A stretch of DNA of 64,000 bases from Octopus vulgaris. Lineage: Eukaryota. The DNA lies in the NCBI GenBank assembly GCA_951406725.2, contig OX597814.1, forward strand, positions 182,776,001-182,840,000, given 5' to 3'. Position numbers and translations under genes: made by a program. Below, piece after piece: positions 38,060-52,648 of the stretch (the first letter of the stretch is position 1; each line of letters opens with the position of its first letter). The notes under the pieces are model-generated. The model was not told the origin of the DNA and ran no database searches. It saw only the letters and a list, made by a program, of their open reading frames with translations.

Positions 38060-38590
38060 TGCGTGATTGCGCGTGTGTGTGTGTGTGTGTGTGATTGTGT
38101 GTGTGTGTGATTGTGCGTGTGTGTGATTGTGTGTGTGTGTGATTGTGTGTGTGTGATTGTGTGTGTGTGTGATTGTGTGTGTGTGTGATTGTGTGTGTGT
38201 GTGATTGTGTGTGTGTGTGATTGTGTGTGTGTGTGATTGTGTGTGTGTGTGTGTGATTGTGTGTGTGTGTGATTGTGTGTGTGTGTGATTGTGTGTGTGT
38301 GTGTGTTATTGTGTGTGTGTGATCGTGTGTGTGTGTGATTGTGTGTGTGATTGTGTATGATTGTGTGTGTGTGTGATTGTGCGTGTGTGTGATTGTGTGT
38401 GTGTGATTGTGTGTGTGTGTGATTGTGTGTGTGTGTGATTGTGTGGGTGTGTGATTGTGTGTGTGTGTGTGTGATTGTGTGTGATTGTGTGTGATTATGT
38501 GTGTGTGATTGTGTATGATTGTGTGTGCGTGTGTGTGATTGTGCGTGTGTGTGTATGTGTGTGATTGTGTGTGTGTGTGATTGTGTGTGT
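38060..38590. repeat. [GATT(GT)n]m minisatellite
   Basis: Directly visible; source of the spurious 284-aa HT-rich ORF. Confidence 0.95.
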
Positions 38591-38628
38591 AATGTTGATT
38601 CAGCTTGCACGGATGGGAGCACGCGAGC

Positions 38629-38670
<42 letters not shown>

Positions 38671-39146
38671 GTGTGTGTTAGTGTGAGTTTATATGTTTAT
38701 GTGTACGGATGTATGTATGTGCGTAAATGTGTGCTCATATGTAGGTGCTTTTTTTATGTTACACGCATCTGTGTGTGTGTGTACGTGTATGTATGTAAAC
38801 GTGTTTGTTTATATGCAGGTGCTATGTGCACAAACGCATGTGTGCACGCGTGTGAGTGTTGTGCACGTGTTCGTGTGTGTGCGTGAGTGAACGTATGTGT
38901 GGATGTAAGTCCGGTCGTTATCTCGTTATCATTTACTAATTAACAAATCAGCCAGTCAGTCGGCTGTCAATTCGCCCGATCAGCCTCTATGCAAGTACGG
39001 AAAAGTCGATATTTATTCACCTCTCTGCATTCTGAGCTCAAATCCCTCGGAGGTCAACTTTATCTTTTGTACATCCACAGTCCTATAAAAATAGTACTAA
39101 TTAATTTAATCAACGTTAATAGGTTGGTAGCATCGTTAGAATATCG

Positions 39147-39574
39147 GGATCTTATTATCGGTTTGAACGGCAGTTTTTTCTAGCGGTATCATATGAAATT
39201 GTCACCCATAATTATGACCCTAGTATCGATCTATTGCATTTCGATATGTTTTAGGGTCAGGGTTAGAGTTAGGGGTGGGGGGAAGGGTATCTTTTTTTTC
39301 TTCACAAATGTAAATAAACCCAATCTGTTTCTTAAACGAGGGACATATTCATACGGCACAGAATGATTTTTAACTCAATAGACGTCATTGATTGGTTGAA
39401 ATTGCAGAATTTGAAGAAAAACAACAACAAATATCTTACAAACTATATAATTTCCTCAATAAAGCCAAGAGAAAAAGATGTTTTATAAACACATTCTACC
39501 AGTATACGAAGTTGAAAAGTGTTTAGTTACGTGGAAATTATTTTTAAAAACTACCGTTCAAACCGAAAAGATCC
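39147..39574. mobile_element. MITE with ~35-bp TIRs, 8-bp TSD and internal telomere-like repeats
   Basis: GGATCTT..TCGGTTTGAACGGCAGTTTTT / AAAAACTACCGTTCAAACCGAAAAGATCC; TSD GAATATCG at 39139-39146 and 39575-39582; inserted in an old SINE; lone TIR copy near 41203. Confidence 0.85.
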
Positions 39575-40442
39575 GAATATCGAACAATGTTTGCAGTTAT
39601 TCCCTTACGACTCTTTACGTTCTGAGTTTAAATACTAGCACACTCAACTTTGCCTTTCATTCTCCTGGGGGTTAATTAAATTAAGTACTAGTCATGTACT
39701 GAGGCCGATTTGGATAGAATTGGATTGCCTAGGTTTAGTCCACAGCTGGACGAAAGCCACATGTTTTCTCCATCAACCACGGTTTGATGTGGAAGACGTG
39801 GACTTGAGCTTGAGATCATATTGGTTTGATGAGTCCACTCTAACACACTGGCTTGACATGGCTTGGCAGAAAAGTGCAGTTTTTATACTCTTACTCAGGA
39901 GTAGTTAAGTCAATTACATTGACTCCTAGTGCTCAACTGGTACCAATTTTGTCGACCCCGAAAGGATGAAAGACGAAGTCAGCCTCGACGGAATCTGAAT
40001 TCAGAACGTATAGACAGACAAAATGCCGCACTAGTTAGGCGTCCAGTTCAGAAAGTCTCGTGGGCCGCACTTTGCCCATGACTAGTTTATGAGAAGGGTG
40101 GTGGGGGCGGTGATGATGCAGGGGTCGCATCTAAGTCTGGGTTTTTCCTGGGGTCTCACAAAATGTTTGCCTATATTGAAGAGTAGCATTTACGGAAGGG
40201 AAGTACGGGGATAAAAAAAATAAAAAAACCTCAACGAAAAACAAACTGTGGTCCCCGATAATATTTCTTTCACAGGCTCTGCTTTATAGTGTTTAGTTAC
40301 ACCCCTTTCTAGGTTCAAATCCCATCATGGTCGAATTCCTTTTTTATCCTTTAAGAGTCAAGAAAATAATTGGCAGTTGCTTATACCCATTACCTAAATT
40401 CCTTACTTTTTAATCGACGTTAAGTTCTCTGCTTGTCTTATC

Positions 40443-40935
40443 TCTCCGTCGGTTACGAAAACGAGTATTCCAGGTGATACGATCAACCGAACACCCTGCT
40501 CGTGAAATTAACGTACAAATGGCTGAGAACTCCACTGACACGCGCGCCCATAACCTAGTTCTCAGGGAGATTCAGCGTGACATAGTGTGGCTAAGCTGGC
40601 CCTTTGAAATACAGGTACTACTCATTTTTGTCAGTGGACTAGAAGAATGAGAAATAAAATATCTTGCTCAAGGATATAACGCATTTCGGGAATCGAACTC
40701 GCAACCTTATGATCGTGAGCCGAATACCATAACCACTAAGCTACGTGTGTGGCTTAGTGGTAAGGGAGTTGTATTCGTAGTTGTGATATTGTGGTTTCGA
40801 TTCCTGGACCGGGCGATGCGTTGTGTTTTTTTTTTTTATCAAAATAAATTTTATTGTGCACCTAAGCACTGTATACTACAAATTCATTATATATTATATA
40901 TTTCACCTTGCTCTAGATCACTCAGCAGGCAAAAA
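40443..40935. mobile_element. Two V-like SINEs fused head-to-head (minus strand 40443-40745, plus strand 40747-40935)
   Basis: Junction ACCACTAAGC-TACGTGTGTG-GCTTAGTGGT. Confidence 0.75.
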
Positions 40936-41239
40936 TGATTAATCTTCTGACAGACCAGAGTCTGTCCAGCGATGGAATATATACGCCACAGAATCCGAGA
41001 AACCGGTCCTATGAGCTAATGGTTTGGGAAGGATCTAAGCTGGTAAAACAGGGAACACAATAGAGCGTTGGGCAAAATATCTTAAAATCATGTGTTCTGA
41101 CTACCTGGTGGTAGTAGTTCCGAGGTTTTCCCGGGATATAAAGACAAATTATGGATATTGAAGGCTCGTATTTTGGGAAGGTGAACCCCGAAAGAAACGT
41201 TGGATGTTTTCGGTTTGACCGACAGTTTTTAAAAATAAA

Positions 41240-42510
<1,271 letters not shown>

Positions 42511-42633
42511 TACAGACATGCATAGTGCACTGATATTAGAGAAACGGATCGAGCATAGTATTTCCGGGGTGTGGTGTGGGGAGGTGTCATGGAAAAACAA
42601 ATATCAAAGTGCAGGAAACAGATTTATGTCTTA

Positions 42634-42939
42634 TATGCAGTATCGCCCGGCGTTGCTCGGGTTTGTAAGGGAAATAACTATATAAGCATTTTTAGAGAGT
42701 TACTTCCCTTATATAATAGCAAAAAAATAATGCATTAAAAATGGGAAAAAATGATGGTAAATTTTTTTTTTAATCGTAGACTCATCGTAGACGCGCGTTA
42801 ATACCCAGAAAGGCTCGATATGAATCACGACTATAAGATACCCGGTTTTGGTTAAACTGCACCGCAAAATGTGGGAGTAGTTAGGAATCTAAATTGTAGG
42901 AGACAGACACTCACACAACTTCATTTTTATATATAAAGA
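42634..42939 (-). mobile_element. Non-autonomous Helitron, family A, copy 2
   Basis: Matches 5338-5736 but lacks its internal ~100-bp duplication; terminal CTAG degraded. Confidence 0.8.
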
Positions 42940-43796
42940 TATGCAGTTGGCATATACGATTGTGTTAATGTGTGTGCATACGTATCACCAAAAACTGCAT
43001 TGGGTTTTGGCGATATTGAAACTAATATTTTTGCACACACACACACACAGGTAGTAAATAGAAATCAGCTCGATTTTGATATTTTCCTCTAGACTCTGTT
43101 AAAGCCGTTGGCCCTAGAGCTGGATAAATGACTCGGAGTTCGAATTACATGGAGCAATGTTAGTTCTTTTCTACACTGAGCTTATTTAGTTTCTCGTCTA
43201 CTAACTTTGTGTGTGTGTGTGTGTGCGCGCGCGTACGCGCGTGTGTGTGTGTGTATGTGTATGTGTGTGTGTGTGTGTGTGTGTTCTCATCCTTGTTTGT
43301 CCCCTCTGTGTTTAGCCCCTTGTGGGTAGTAAAGAAATATATATTCTTTTTGTAATATATTTCAGCCCTAAGCCTGTGGCCATCCTGGGGCATCGTCAAT
43401 GAAAGTGTGAGATGCTTACAACACCTAGGTTTCCCAAGCGGTCACCCCTGGCCGTTGTTCCTTGCAACATCGATATTCCTCCCTGTGTTTCTGAAATCTT
43501 GTATCCTTGCCGTAAGGCTTCATTTCCACACACGCCAGCTTAATTTAATTCGTCCTTAGTCGAAAGACACCTGTTGTTATGTCCTGTTATTATTAGCTTA
43601 GTTTTTCCTTGGCCAGATTGGAGCAATCTCAAGTATAATCAGCCGAAATTGCGAAGATAATCTGGTACTTGACCGAGGAAAGAAAACTTCAAATGACCCG
43701 TCCTTGTTTTATTTGTATCGTCTATCTGGATGTCTTGTTGTCCCATTTTTGTACCACCTAACTATCCGGATGTTTTGCGCTCTTGTCCAATTTTGC

Positions 43797-43853
<57 letters not shown>

Positions 43854-44379
43854 GTGTGTGTGTGTGTGTGTGTTTGTCCTATGTTTGTTCACTCCATCAC
43901 CGCTTGACAACCGGTGTTGGTGTGTCTATGTTCCCGCGGTTCGGCAATACTGAAACAAGTTAAAATAGATAAAAGATCTGTGCGTGTATGTGTGTGTTTA
44001 GATGCTCAACCTCAACGGATCATCAGGGAATACTTTACTGCGTTAAGTTACGGATAGCTATGTCCAAAGTTATCTGTAACTCAATGTAATAACGTGTTCT
44101 TTGATGATCGGTTGTGATTGTTAATCTAAATGCACCCGGAAGACCTACTGAAGGACTCCAAACACCCATAACGGTGAAACGCACAAGGGAACTATAATAT
44201 AAACTTGTGTTTATTCTTATTTCTCCTGCATTTGCTCTATAAGTCATAGCTAGTAATACTACTCAGTATAAATGATAAACCATACAGGAAGCGGACTGGA
44301 TTATGATAATCTATGTGGAACTCTTAACATAACAATAACCGTCGTAGATCTATATGTACACGCAATTTCTACATTTTTA

Positions 44380-44465
<86 letters not shown>

Positions 44466-44617
44466 GAGGCACTCATATATTAAGAACAGAAAAGCTGGCA
44501 TTATTTTACTCCATGGTTTACAATTGTTTCGACAGTGTACGGGTGACAAGTCAAACAACATGTTTATTGACATCGATTTGGTCATGTCCATTAAGTACTG
44601 TTTACTAGACATATGTT

Positions 44618-44915
44618 GAAGGTGCGTGTCCGAGTGTCTTAGGTGCTGCACTTGCGATCGCCAGATAGTGGTTTCCATTCTCAGACAGGCGATGCGTGAT
44701 GTTCTTGAGCAAAACACTTCATTTCACATTGCTCCAGTCCACTCAGTTGTAAATAGGTTGGCCCTGCGATGAACTGGCGTTCCGTTCAGGAGGAATGTTG
44801 GCCTGCTCGCCTAGTCGGTGTGGTGGTATCATTCAAAAGCTACAGCAAACCGTGGAAGCGCATTGTGATAGTAGTGCATCACAATATTCAATAGTCTAGT
44901 CCATACAATGATATG
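44618..44915 (+). mobile_element. V-like SINE, third tail type
   Basis: GAAGGTGCGTG head, TTCTTGAGCAAAACACTT core; matches 18895-19185. Confidence 0.72.
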
Positions 44916-44923
44916 TATATATG

Positions 44924-45779
44924 CAGGGTACTGTGAGTAAACTGTCTAAATTACGCAAAAATGAAAATAACACTGACATCTCATTTTAACAGACATATCT
45001 ACAAAAATTACATAAAAATATCTTGAAATACTAAAAAGTAAATTTATTAAATAAAATCGCCATTGGCCTCAACCACGACCCCAAGACGTCTTCAGAATCT
45101 CCTGCAACTCTTCTGGGTAGTCTCTTTGTTTAAGTTGGTGAATGCTGCCATAATCCTTGCCTTCAGTTCATCTTTGATGTTACAAGGACTTTTGTTGGTC
45201 TCTCGCTCAGCTGCGCTCCACACATAATAATCAAGGATGTTAGGGGTGATATGGTCGCAGAAATTGCCTGACAGCCATGACTGAGTTCTCTTGCTTGTTT
45301 GGTATGGTGCAGAGTCCTGTTGCCAGACACAGGGTCTTCCAGCAGCCACCCCCTTGACGCAGGGCAGCACTACTTCCTCCAGGCATTTGATGTAGGCTTC
45401 CGCGTTGAGTCTGAGGCTGTGTGGGAAGATGAATGGAGGCATAATGTCGCCATCACTAGTGATCACTCCAAATACCATGATGTTGACTGGATGTTTGATT
45501 TTTATCACTCTCAGTACATGTCATCAGATTCCACTGTCATCAGATTGACACCCAAACACTCTGAAATGTTCGTATTGGAGTTTCCGGCGCGAATGGCAAG
45601 CAGTATAGCATGTCATTTCCAAATTTCTGGCAGACTGAATTGTATTATGGTGCTGTTTTTCTCACAAACGGTGCCCAACTGCCCCTACTATACTGTGTAG
45701 TCGACAGAATCAGAAACATACGATGCACATGCGCAAAATTAGAAATATAAAATGGCGACAATTTACCCATCGCACCCTC
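44924..45779 (-). mobile_element. Internally deleted Tc1/mariner-superfamily element (maT-like, DDxD)
   Basis: Imperfect TIRs CAGGGTACTGTGAGTAAACTGTC / GACAATTTACCCATCGCACCCTC; transposase relic MVFGVI, WQQDSAP, LDYYVWS at 45092-45508. Confidence 0.85.
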
Positions 45780-45813
<34 letters not shown>

Positions 45814-45816
<3 letters not shown>

Positions 45817-46035
45817 GGTTAGCCAAAAGTCACCTGACAGTAAATCCAAGATTTATTTATGTTTAACGACTGAATGAATTTAATAAAAGCATCTAAATAT
45901 GAACCATCGTAAAGATTGTTCAGACTGAAGTCCTTCTTGAGCAATACACTTCCCACTCGAGTCAATACAGAATTAGAGATAGCATTTCTAATTCTGAATT
46001 TTGATTTACTGTCGGATGACTTTTGGCGAACCCTG
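45814..46035. mobile_element. Tc1-like MITE
   Basis: TIRs AAGGTTAGCCAAAAGTCACCTGACAGTAAATC / GATTTACTGTCGGATGACTTTTGGCGAACCCTG. Confidence 0.75.
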
Positions 46036-46273
46036 TCTCTCCCTCACTCTCTCTCTCTCCCTCTCTCCCTGCCTCCCTCTCCCCCTCTCTCTATATATAT
46101 TCATATGTATATGTATATCATTACCTGTAGACGTGACTTGACCATCTGCGGCAGTAGATAGAATGACATAGAATCGGCAGACCGTCATATCATACAGCTG
46201 GTTTTATTTAATTATCTCCCCTATCTGTTTTACATCAGATTTCGTCGTTGTCAGCTTTGCCATTCTTCAAAAT

Positions 46274-46432
46274 GTGTTGCCTTAGCGAGCAGTCAACTGC
46301 AGTGTCTATAGTCTACGCTGTGATATATCCTGATCTGGATTAAGGTTTAGAATTTAGGGTTAGAGTTAGGGGTTGGGGTTAGGGTTAGAGTTTAACAGTG
46401 CGCTAGACTGTAAACGGCCAGGGAGACCACAC
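46274..46432. mobile_element. Small MITE-like element with internal TTAGGG-like repeats
   Basis: Imperfect inverted ends GT.TATAGTCTA.CGC.TGT / ACAGTGCGCTAGACTGTAAAC around TTAGGGTTAGAGTTAGGGG. Confidence 0.45.
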
Positions 46433-47272
46433 GCTGAGTTGGCACCAAATAAAATACAGGTCAAGCGGACAAAAGACTTCATAGTATTTTGTGACTTGTT
46501 TCTAAGTTCTGAGATCACCTGTCGCAAACGTTAGTCAACTTTACCTTTCAAATTTTCTTGGAGTAAATAAATAAGAGTATCTCCCAGTTACTAGAGTACA
46601 TTCGCTCCACTATATTTTTTCTGTGAATTTGTGGCCTATGCCTTTCTTAGAAATTGTCAATATTATTTTACGTTCTGAGTTCAAATTCTGCCGAGATCAA
46701 CTCTGCCATTAATCCTTTCAGGGTCGATAAAATAAGCCCCAGCTGGACACTGGAGTAGAGGCAATCGACTAGCCCCTCACCCACCTCCAAATTTCAAGCC
46801 TTGTGTCTTTAAGAGAAGGGATTAGTGTTATGATTAAGGCGGCGAGCTGGTAGAAACGTTAGCACACCGGGCAAAATGCTTGGCGACATTCCGTCCGTCT
46901 TAACGTTCTGAGTTCAAATTCTGCCGAGGTCGATTTTGCATTTCATCGTTTCGAGGTCGACAAGATAAGTATTAGTTGATCAGTTGGGTCGATGTAATCG
47001 ACTTACCCACTCCCTCGGAATTGCTGGCCTTGTTCTAAATTTTGAAATGAATATCATGACTAAAATCTGTAGCCACGCCTACATCAAAAACACAAAAGCA
47101 ACAACAAGAAAACAGGCCAACAACCACAGACAAAATCAAAACAAACAAAATCAGCAACTGTTACCATAACAATACCACCTACAACCAACAGTAACACAAT
47201 ATCCAACAATAGTTACACCACCGCCGCCGATAGCAACTCCACTGCCACCGACGACGACAACAATAACACCAA

Positions 47273-47770
47273 GTGGAGGCGCAATGGCCCAGTGGTTAGG
47301 GCAGCGGACTAGCGGTCGTAAAAACGCAGTTTCGATTCCCAGACCGGGTATTGTGAGTGTTTATTGAGCAAAAACACCTAAGCTCTACGAGGCTCTAGCG
47401 TGGGTGGTGGTGAACCCCGCTGTACTTTTCACCACAACTTTCTCTCACTCTTTCTTCCTACTTCTGCCACAAAGCAGAGGAACCATGATGTAACCCACTA
47501 TGGTGTGGTAAACTTTCAGACCCTAGTCCAGATTGCGAATCCTCTGTACTCCAGGATGGTTAGCACGCCGGGCGAAATGTTTAGCAGTATTTCGTCTGCC
47601 GCTACGTTCTGAGTTCAAATTCCGCCGAGGTCGACTTTGCCTTTCATCCTTTCGGGGTCGATAAATTAAGTACCAGTTACGCACTGGGGTCGATATAATC
47701 GACTTAATCCGTTTGTCTGTCCTTGTTTGACCTCTCTGTGTTTAGCCCCTTGTTGGTAATAAAGAAATAG
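47273..47770 (+). mobile_element. tRNA-like SINE head (47273-47465) and Meta-domain-like SINE (47555-47770)
   Basis: GGAGGCGCAATGGCCCAGTGGTTAG head matches the reverse complement of 61700-61899; standard unit at 47587-47770. Confidence 0.8.
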
Positions 47771-48130
47771 GCTATCAATAACATCACCATTACCGGACAA
47801 GCCGGACAAGTTTGTTCAAATGTCTAGAACCATGCTTATCTGGAAAGGGATGTGTTATCTTCCAATGAATTTTACTGAAAGGTGGATGAAAATGGCGAGA
47901 GTGGTTCACGGAAATGGGCCTACCCTGAACATGCTCCTAAAGGCTAGAGAACACACTTGGGAGAGGGCTCTTGGTAGTCAGGGTAATCCTGTATCAGTGT
48001 GTTTCTTCGCTTGGCTTCGTCTTATTTCATACCTTTTCTATTCCTTTTTATTTTGTTTCCCAGGGTTTTTTCTGTCCAAAGTATCACCGTTTGTCCTTGT
48101 AACACTGCTTCTACTATTGACTGAGTGGCA
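47770..48130 (+). pseudogene. Possible L1/Tx1-like LINE 3' remnant
   Basis: ERDVLSSNEF..ERWMKMARV resembles the C-terminal ends of Tx1-like ORF2; by-eye similarity only. Confidence 0.3.
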
Positions 48131-48575
48131 AATTGTTTTTGCTATTATCTTATAATAATTCTGCTTGTCATTCCGTTACTTAGTCCGTTGGTAACGCTTT
48201 CACATGATTAGAGAAAAAGAAGAAAGAAAAGAGCGAAAGATAAAAGAGAGAGAGAGAAGTGTTCATGACGTAAGGTAGAGGGAATGTAATTGTAACGCTT
48301 TCACGTTATTAAGTGAAAGGAAAGAGATGAGAAAGAAAAAGGAGAGAGAAAAAAGGATAAGGCGAAGAGTGAAACAGAAAGAGGGAGAAAGAAAAAAAGG
48401 GAGAGAGAAAAAAGGAGAGCGAAAAAGAGGGAGAGAGAAGCGTCTATGACGTGAGGTAGGGGAACGTGATATTATGTGGTCAAAGAAGTTAGTTGACGGT
48501 AGTGATAATATAGAGGAGGAGAGTTAAAAATGTTTTAGCAAAGGGTTCATGTTCTGATGGTGAGATTAAAGGAAG

Positions 48576-48614
<39 letters not shown>

Positions 48615-48934
48615 TGATAGAGAGATGATGATAGTGGTGGTGGTGGTGAAGATGGAGGTGTTGGTGGTGGTGATTGGATAGTGAAAAGTGTATTTTTAAA
48701 AAATTGAACCAAGCTTTTTTTAATACCGCCTATCACTTAACGCATGCGTATAAGTGCAATTCCGTGAAATATTGGTGCTCCTTTAAGTGGCAGATATATG
48801 CAATTTAACTAAAGATTGTATCATATGTATGGGATATTTTTTTTGCTTATAGGGAAAAATGGAAAAATAAGAGTGAATATTTATCTTATGAGTGCTGTGT
48901 ATTAAGTCTATAAAATTGCGCATAATATATATAA

Positions 48935-49273
48935 AGACCCCCTTCGGTCATGAGTGACCATGGGTTTGCACCTAGAGAGTTACCCTCTAAGGCACAAGTC
49001 TGGGCAAGGTTTTTTTTTTATGGAAGACCAGTAGTCGCCCATGCATACCGGCCTCCCCTCTCCACGCCACCAGTGTTATCCAAGGGAAAGACAAAGGTCG
49101 ATACAGCTTGGCACCTGTGACGTCGCAACTCATTTCTACAGCTGAGTGAACTGGAGCAACGTGAACTAAAGTGTCTTGCTCAAGAACACAACACGCAGCC
49201 CGGTCCGGGATTCGAGCTCACAACCTCACGATCGTAAGCTCGACGCTCTAACCACTGAGCCATGCGCCTTCAC
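48935..49273 (-). mobile_element. Full-length V-like SINE (GACCCCCTTCGGTCA tail type)
   Basis: Matches 10179-10498; TSD ATAATATATATAA. Confidence 0.88.
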
Positions 49274-49496
49274 TATATAATATATATAACGTATATATAT
49301 ATATATAAAGTGCATTAAGTAATCATCGTTTATCAATTTCTTTCACTGTTCAGATGAGCGATTATCTTTCCATACAGACACAGTACAGGCTACGCTTTCA
49401 GTTTTTTTTGGATAAAGTTTCCAAAAATAACCCAATAGGTTTACAATTAATTCCGCGAAATATTAACGGTTCCCGCTAGTTATTATTAAGACGGCT

Positions 49497-49966
49497 AAGG
49501 CGGCGAGATGGCAGAAACGTTAACACGCCGAGCGAAATGCTTAGCGGTATTTCGTCTGCCGTTACGTTCTGAGTTCAAATTCCGCCGAGGTCGACTTTGC
49601 CTTTCATCCTTTCGAGGTCGATTAAATAAGTACCAGTTACGCACTGGGGTCGATATAATCGACTTAATCTGTTTGTCCCTTCTGTGTTTAGGCCCAGAAT
49701 TTGAACTGAGAACGTAAAGACAGATGAAATACCTATTTCTTTACTACCCACAAGGGGCTGAACACAGAGAGGACAAACAAGGACAGACAAACGGATTAAG
49801 TCGATTATATCGACCCCAATGCGTTACTGGTACTTATTTAATCGACCCCGAAAGGATGAAAGGCAAAGTCGACCTCGGCGGAATTTGAACTCAGAACGTA
49901 TCGGCAGACGAAATACGGCTACGCATTTCGCCCGACGTTCTAACGATTCTGTCAGCTCGCCGCCTT
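49497..49966. mobile_element. Two Meta-domain-like SINEs joined tail-to-tail (+ strand 49497-49692, - strand 49697-49966)
   Basis: Heads at both outer ends and inverted domain sequences. Confidence 0.88.
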
Positions 49967-50703
49967 TTTATGTTATATTATTGGACCGTAATAGTGTTGC
50001 TTATGTTATAACAATAGGGGAAAGTAAACTGTGTTAAATTTTGTTTTTAAAATGAGATCGTTTTCCATAAGATCTGGGTTTCCGTTAGCGTAGCTAGTTT
50101 TTGCATTGTCTAGAAGCCCTGGTGGTTATTTTTTGTTCATATTCTTCATCGTGCCATGTACAGCAATCTTATTAGAACTATTTTTATTGTGATAACCCAC
50201 ATCTTGCGTATTTCCCTTTTGTGGTTCTTGCATTGTTTTTGTACTTTTCAATTCTTTTCATGCGATGGCTTTGATTAAAAGAGATATAAATTTTAATGTC
50301 AGTCTAACTGATTTACTTTAATATCACCGTGACCCAAATTATCGTAACCAGACCATAGTCACGTTCCGAGTTTTGTACATGCTTGTAACACAACGATTTT
50401 TATATCGAGGTGTCGGCGGATAAGGCTTTGCAAAGTCTGGACAGCTAGAAAAGTTATGGACAGTTGTTTTATCTATTTTGACTGCATAGTCTGCTGTTCC
50501 TGTTAGCCTATTGTCTCAGCATTTAATTTTCAGACGAATCGTGCCGGACACTGGTCAGTGGAAGCTTATTTTTACCATTTTGTTTTTACTTTCGAATTCC
50601 ATTTTCTTTTTATCCTATTTTCTTTTTAAAAATATTTTCCTCTTTTTACTTTTTTACTTTCTCGTCATATAAATATTTATTTTTCAGCTTAAATTATCTA
50701 TTA

Positions 50704-51123
50704 GTGGCGATCTTTCGTCTCTAGTAGACCTTTCCGTCGATTTCCGTAAAAAAATTTTTTTTTACATATGGGCTTGCGGGAACTTTTGAAGTAATATACA
50801 TACATATACACATACACCGAGTAAAAAATTTCAGTTATCTCTTTCTTTCACACATTACTCTGTCTCTTCACACACACTAACAGAAGCACTTCACTTACAC
50901 AACAAACTGTCTGTCTCCCACACCCCAAATAACACACACACACACACACACATGTACATCAATGCTTCACATGCACGGTAACTTCAAAAGAATTTCCCTC
51001 GTCATACAATCGCTGTCTCTTAGTCTCTCATTACTTCAAAAGTTCCCGCAAGCCCATATGTAAAAAAAGAAAATTTTTTTACGGAAATCGACGGAAAGGT
51101 CTACTAGAGACGAAAGATTGCCC
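50704..51123. mobile_element. MITE with ~90-bp TIRs
   Basis: GGCGATCTTTCGTCTCTAGTAGACCTTTCCGTCGATTTCCGT...GAAGTAAT and its reverse complement at ~51030-51123; flanked by TA/TATTA. Confidence 0.9.
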
Positions 51124-52379
51124 TATTAGTTTGTGTTTCATTGTTTTCATATAGCCACCTTATTAAAATAACCAGTATCTTTTGGTACCCTTCGTAATTA
51201 CTCTCTCTTTGTATTTAGCCCTTCTTCGTTGTGCGCGGATAGGCATATCTTATCTAGATCTATTTTAAGATGGTGAGGTCAGAATGTCGCGAACAGTCTT
51301 CCCCCACTCTGTCTATTTATATACATACACAGTCAATTTATTATATTGAAGATGTACTTTATGACTCCGATGGCTTATGTTAAACACATCTTATTTTTAG
51401 CCTTGCTTTCAAGTTTTAATATTAGTCCAACTCTGCAAGACAGCAAACTGACAGAATTGCAACCATGCCGCGCAAAATGCTTAGCGGCATTTCGTCCGTC
51501 CTTACGTTCAAATTCCGCTGAGATCGACCTTACCTTTCATCCTCTTTCAGGGTCGATAAAGTAAGTATCTGTCGAGTACTGGTTTGCTGTCATCGACTAT
51601 TCCCCTCCCCTCCACCGAAATTACTGGCCTTGTACCAAAATTTGAAACCAAAATTAGTCTCTTAAGGCGGAGGGCTAACAGGATCGTTAAGCCTACCGGA
51701 CAAAATTTTTAAGGGCATGTAATCCGTCTTTACGTTCCGAGTTCAAATACGACTTTGCCTTTCATCCTTGCGGGATCGATAAAATAAGTACCAGTTGAGT
51801 ATTGGAGTCGATATAATCAACTCCACCCCTCATATTTGCTGGCCTTGTGCCAAAATAAGAAAAGAATATCATTCTAGCTTTTCAATAGCACCTCTTTTTA
51901 AAAAATTATCTGTTTCATTTTTGTGCTGCACCCAGTCAGTTTCTTGTGAGTATTGACTGATTTCTGCTAATTCACCGATTTCATTTTCTAAATCTAACTT
52001 AATTAATTTGCTTCTCCTTCCGGTAGCTTTGATACACTTTTTTAATCCCTACTTATTTTGATACCACGTGTAAATTTAAATATAGCTTTTACTAGGTCCC
52101 CCTGGGAGATGCTGTGTCTCGTTATTATCACTTACTTTTTCTTCTTTACATGTTCCAGTATTTGGGCTGCGGTCATGCTGGGGCACCGTCTTGAAGGGCT
52201 TAGCTACAAAAAATCGGTGGTATTTTTAAAATCTGGAGCTTATTCTCTCGGTCACTTTTGTCGAATCGCCGATTTACAGTAACGTAAAGAAACCAACACC
52301 GGGTGTCTAGCAGTGGTAAGGTGTCTAGCGTGGAGGTTAAATTTGACAGTTTGCGTGAAAGGAAAAGAAAACACAAATA

Positions 52380-52648
52380 TCCCATCCATAAAATAAAAGT
52401 ATTTTACAAAATAAAAAAAAAATATCAACTTGATTATGACTGGGAGATAACAGTTTACTCAAAGTAGCTGCCCTCAGCCTCCACCATGGGCTCAAGACGG
52501 CTCCGGAACCTGGCACATGCTTTCCCCCACCGGAAAGATCTTCGAACACCTCCCTGATCTTGGCCACTAGCTCGGCTTTGGTGCTGCAGACTGAGCGGTT
52601 AGTGTCTTTCTCAACCGCGTCTCACACAGTAATCGATGAGATTAAAAT
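52380..52648 (-). pseudogene. Tc1/maT-like transposase C-terminal relic
   Basis: Minus strand DFNLIDYCV..AVEKDTNRS.CSTKAELVAKIREVFEDL, homologous to the relic at 45092-45508. Confidence 0.7.

Noticed and set aside
37768-38622. 284-aa His/Thr-rich ORF
   Set aside because: Translation of a GATT(GT)n repeat
47273-47345. tRNA gene (also 18031-18100 and similar heads)
   Set aside because: A and B boxes are present but the heads continue into SINE bodies with no complete cloverleaf
49290-49479. Another Helitron ending CCGCGAAATATTAACGG...CTAGT
   Set aside because: Weak hairpin, uncertain 5' end and no second copy in the window
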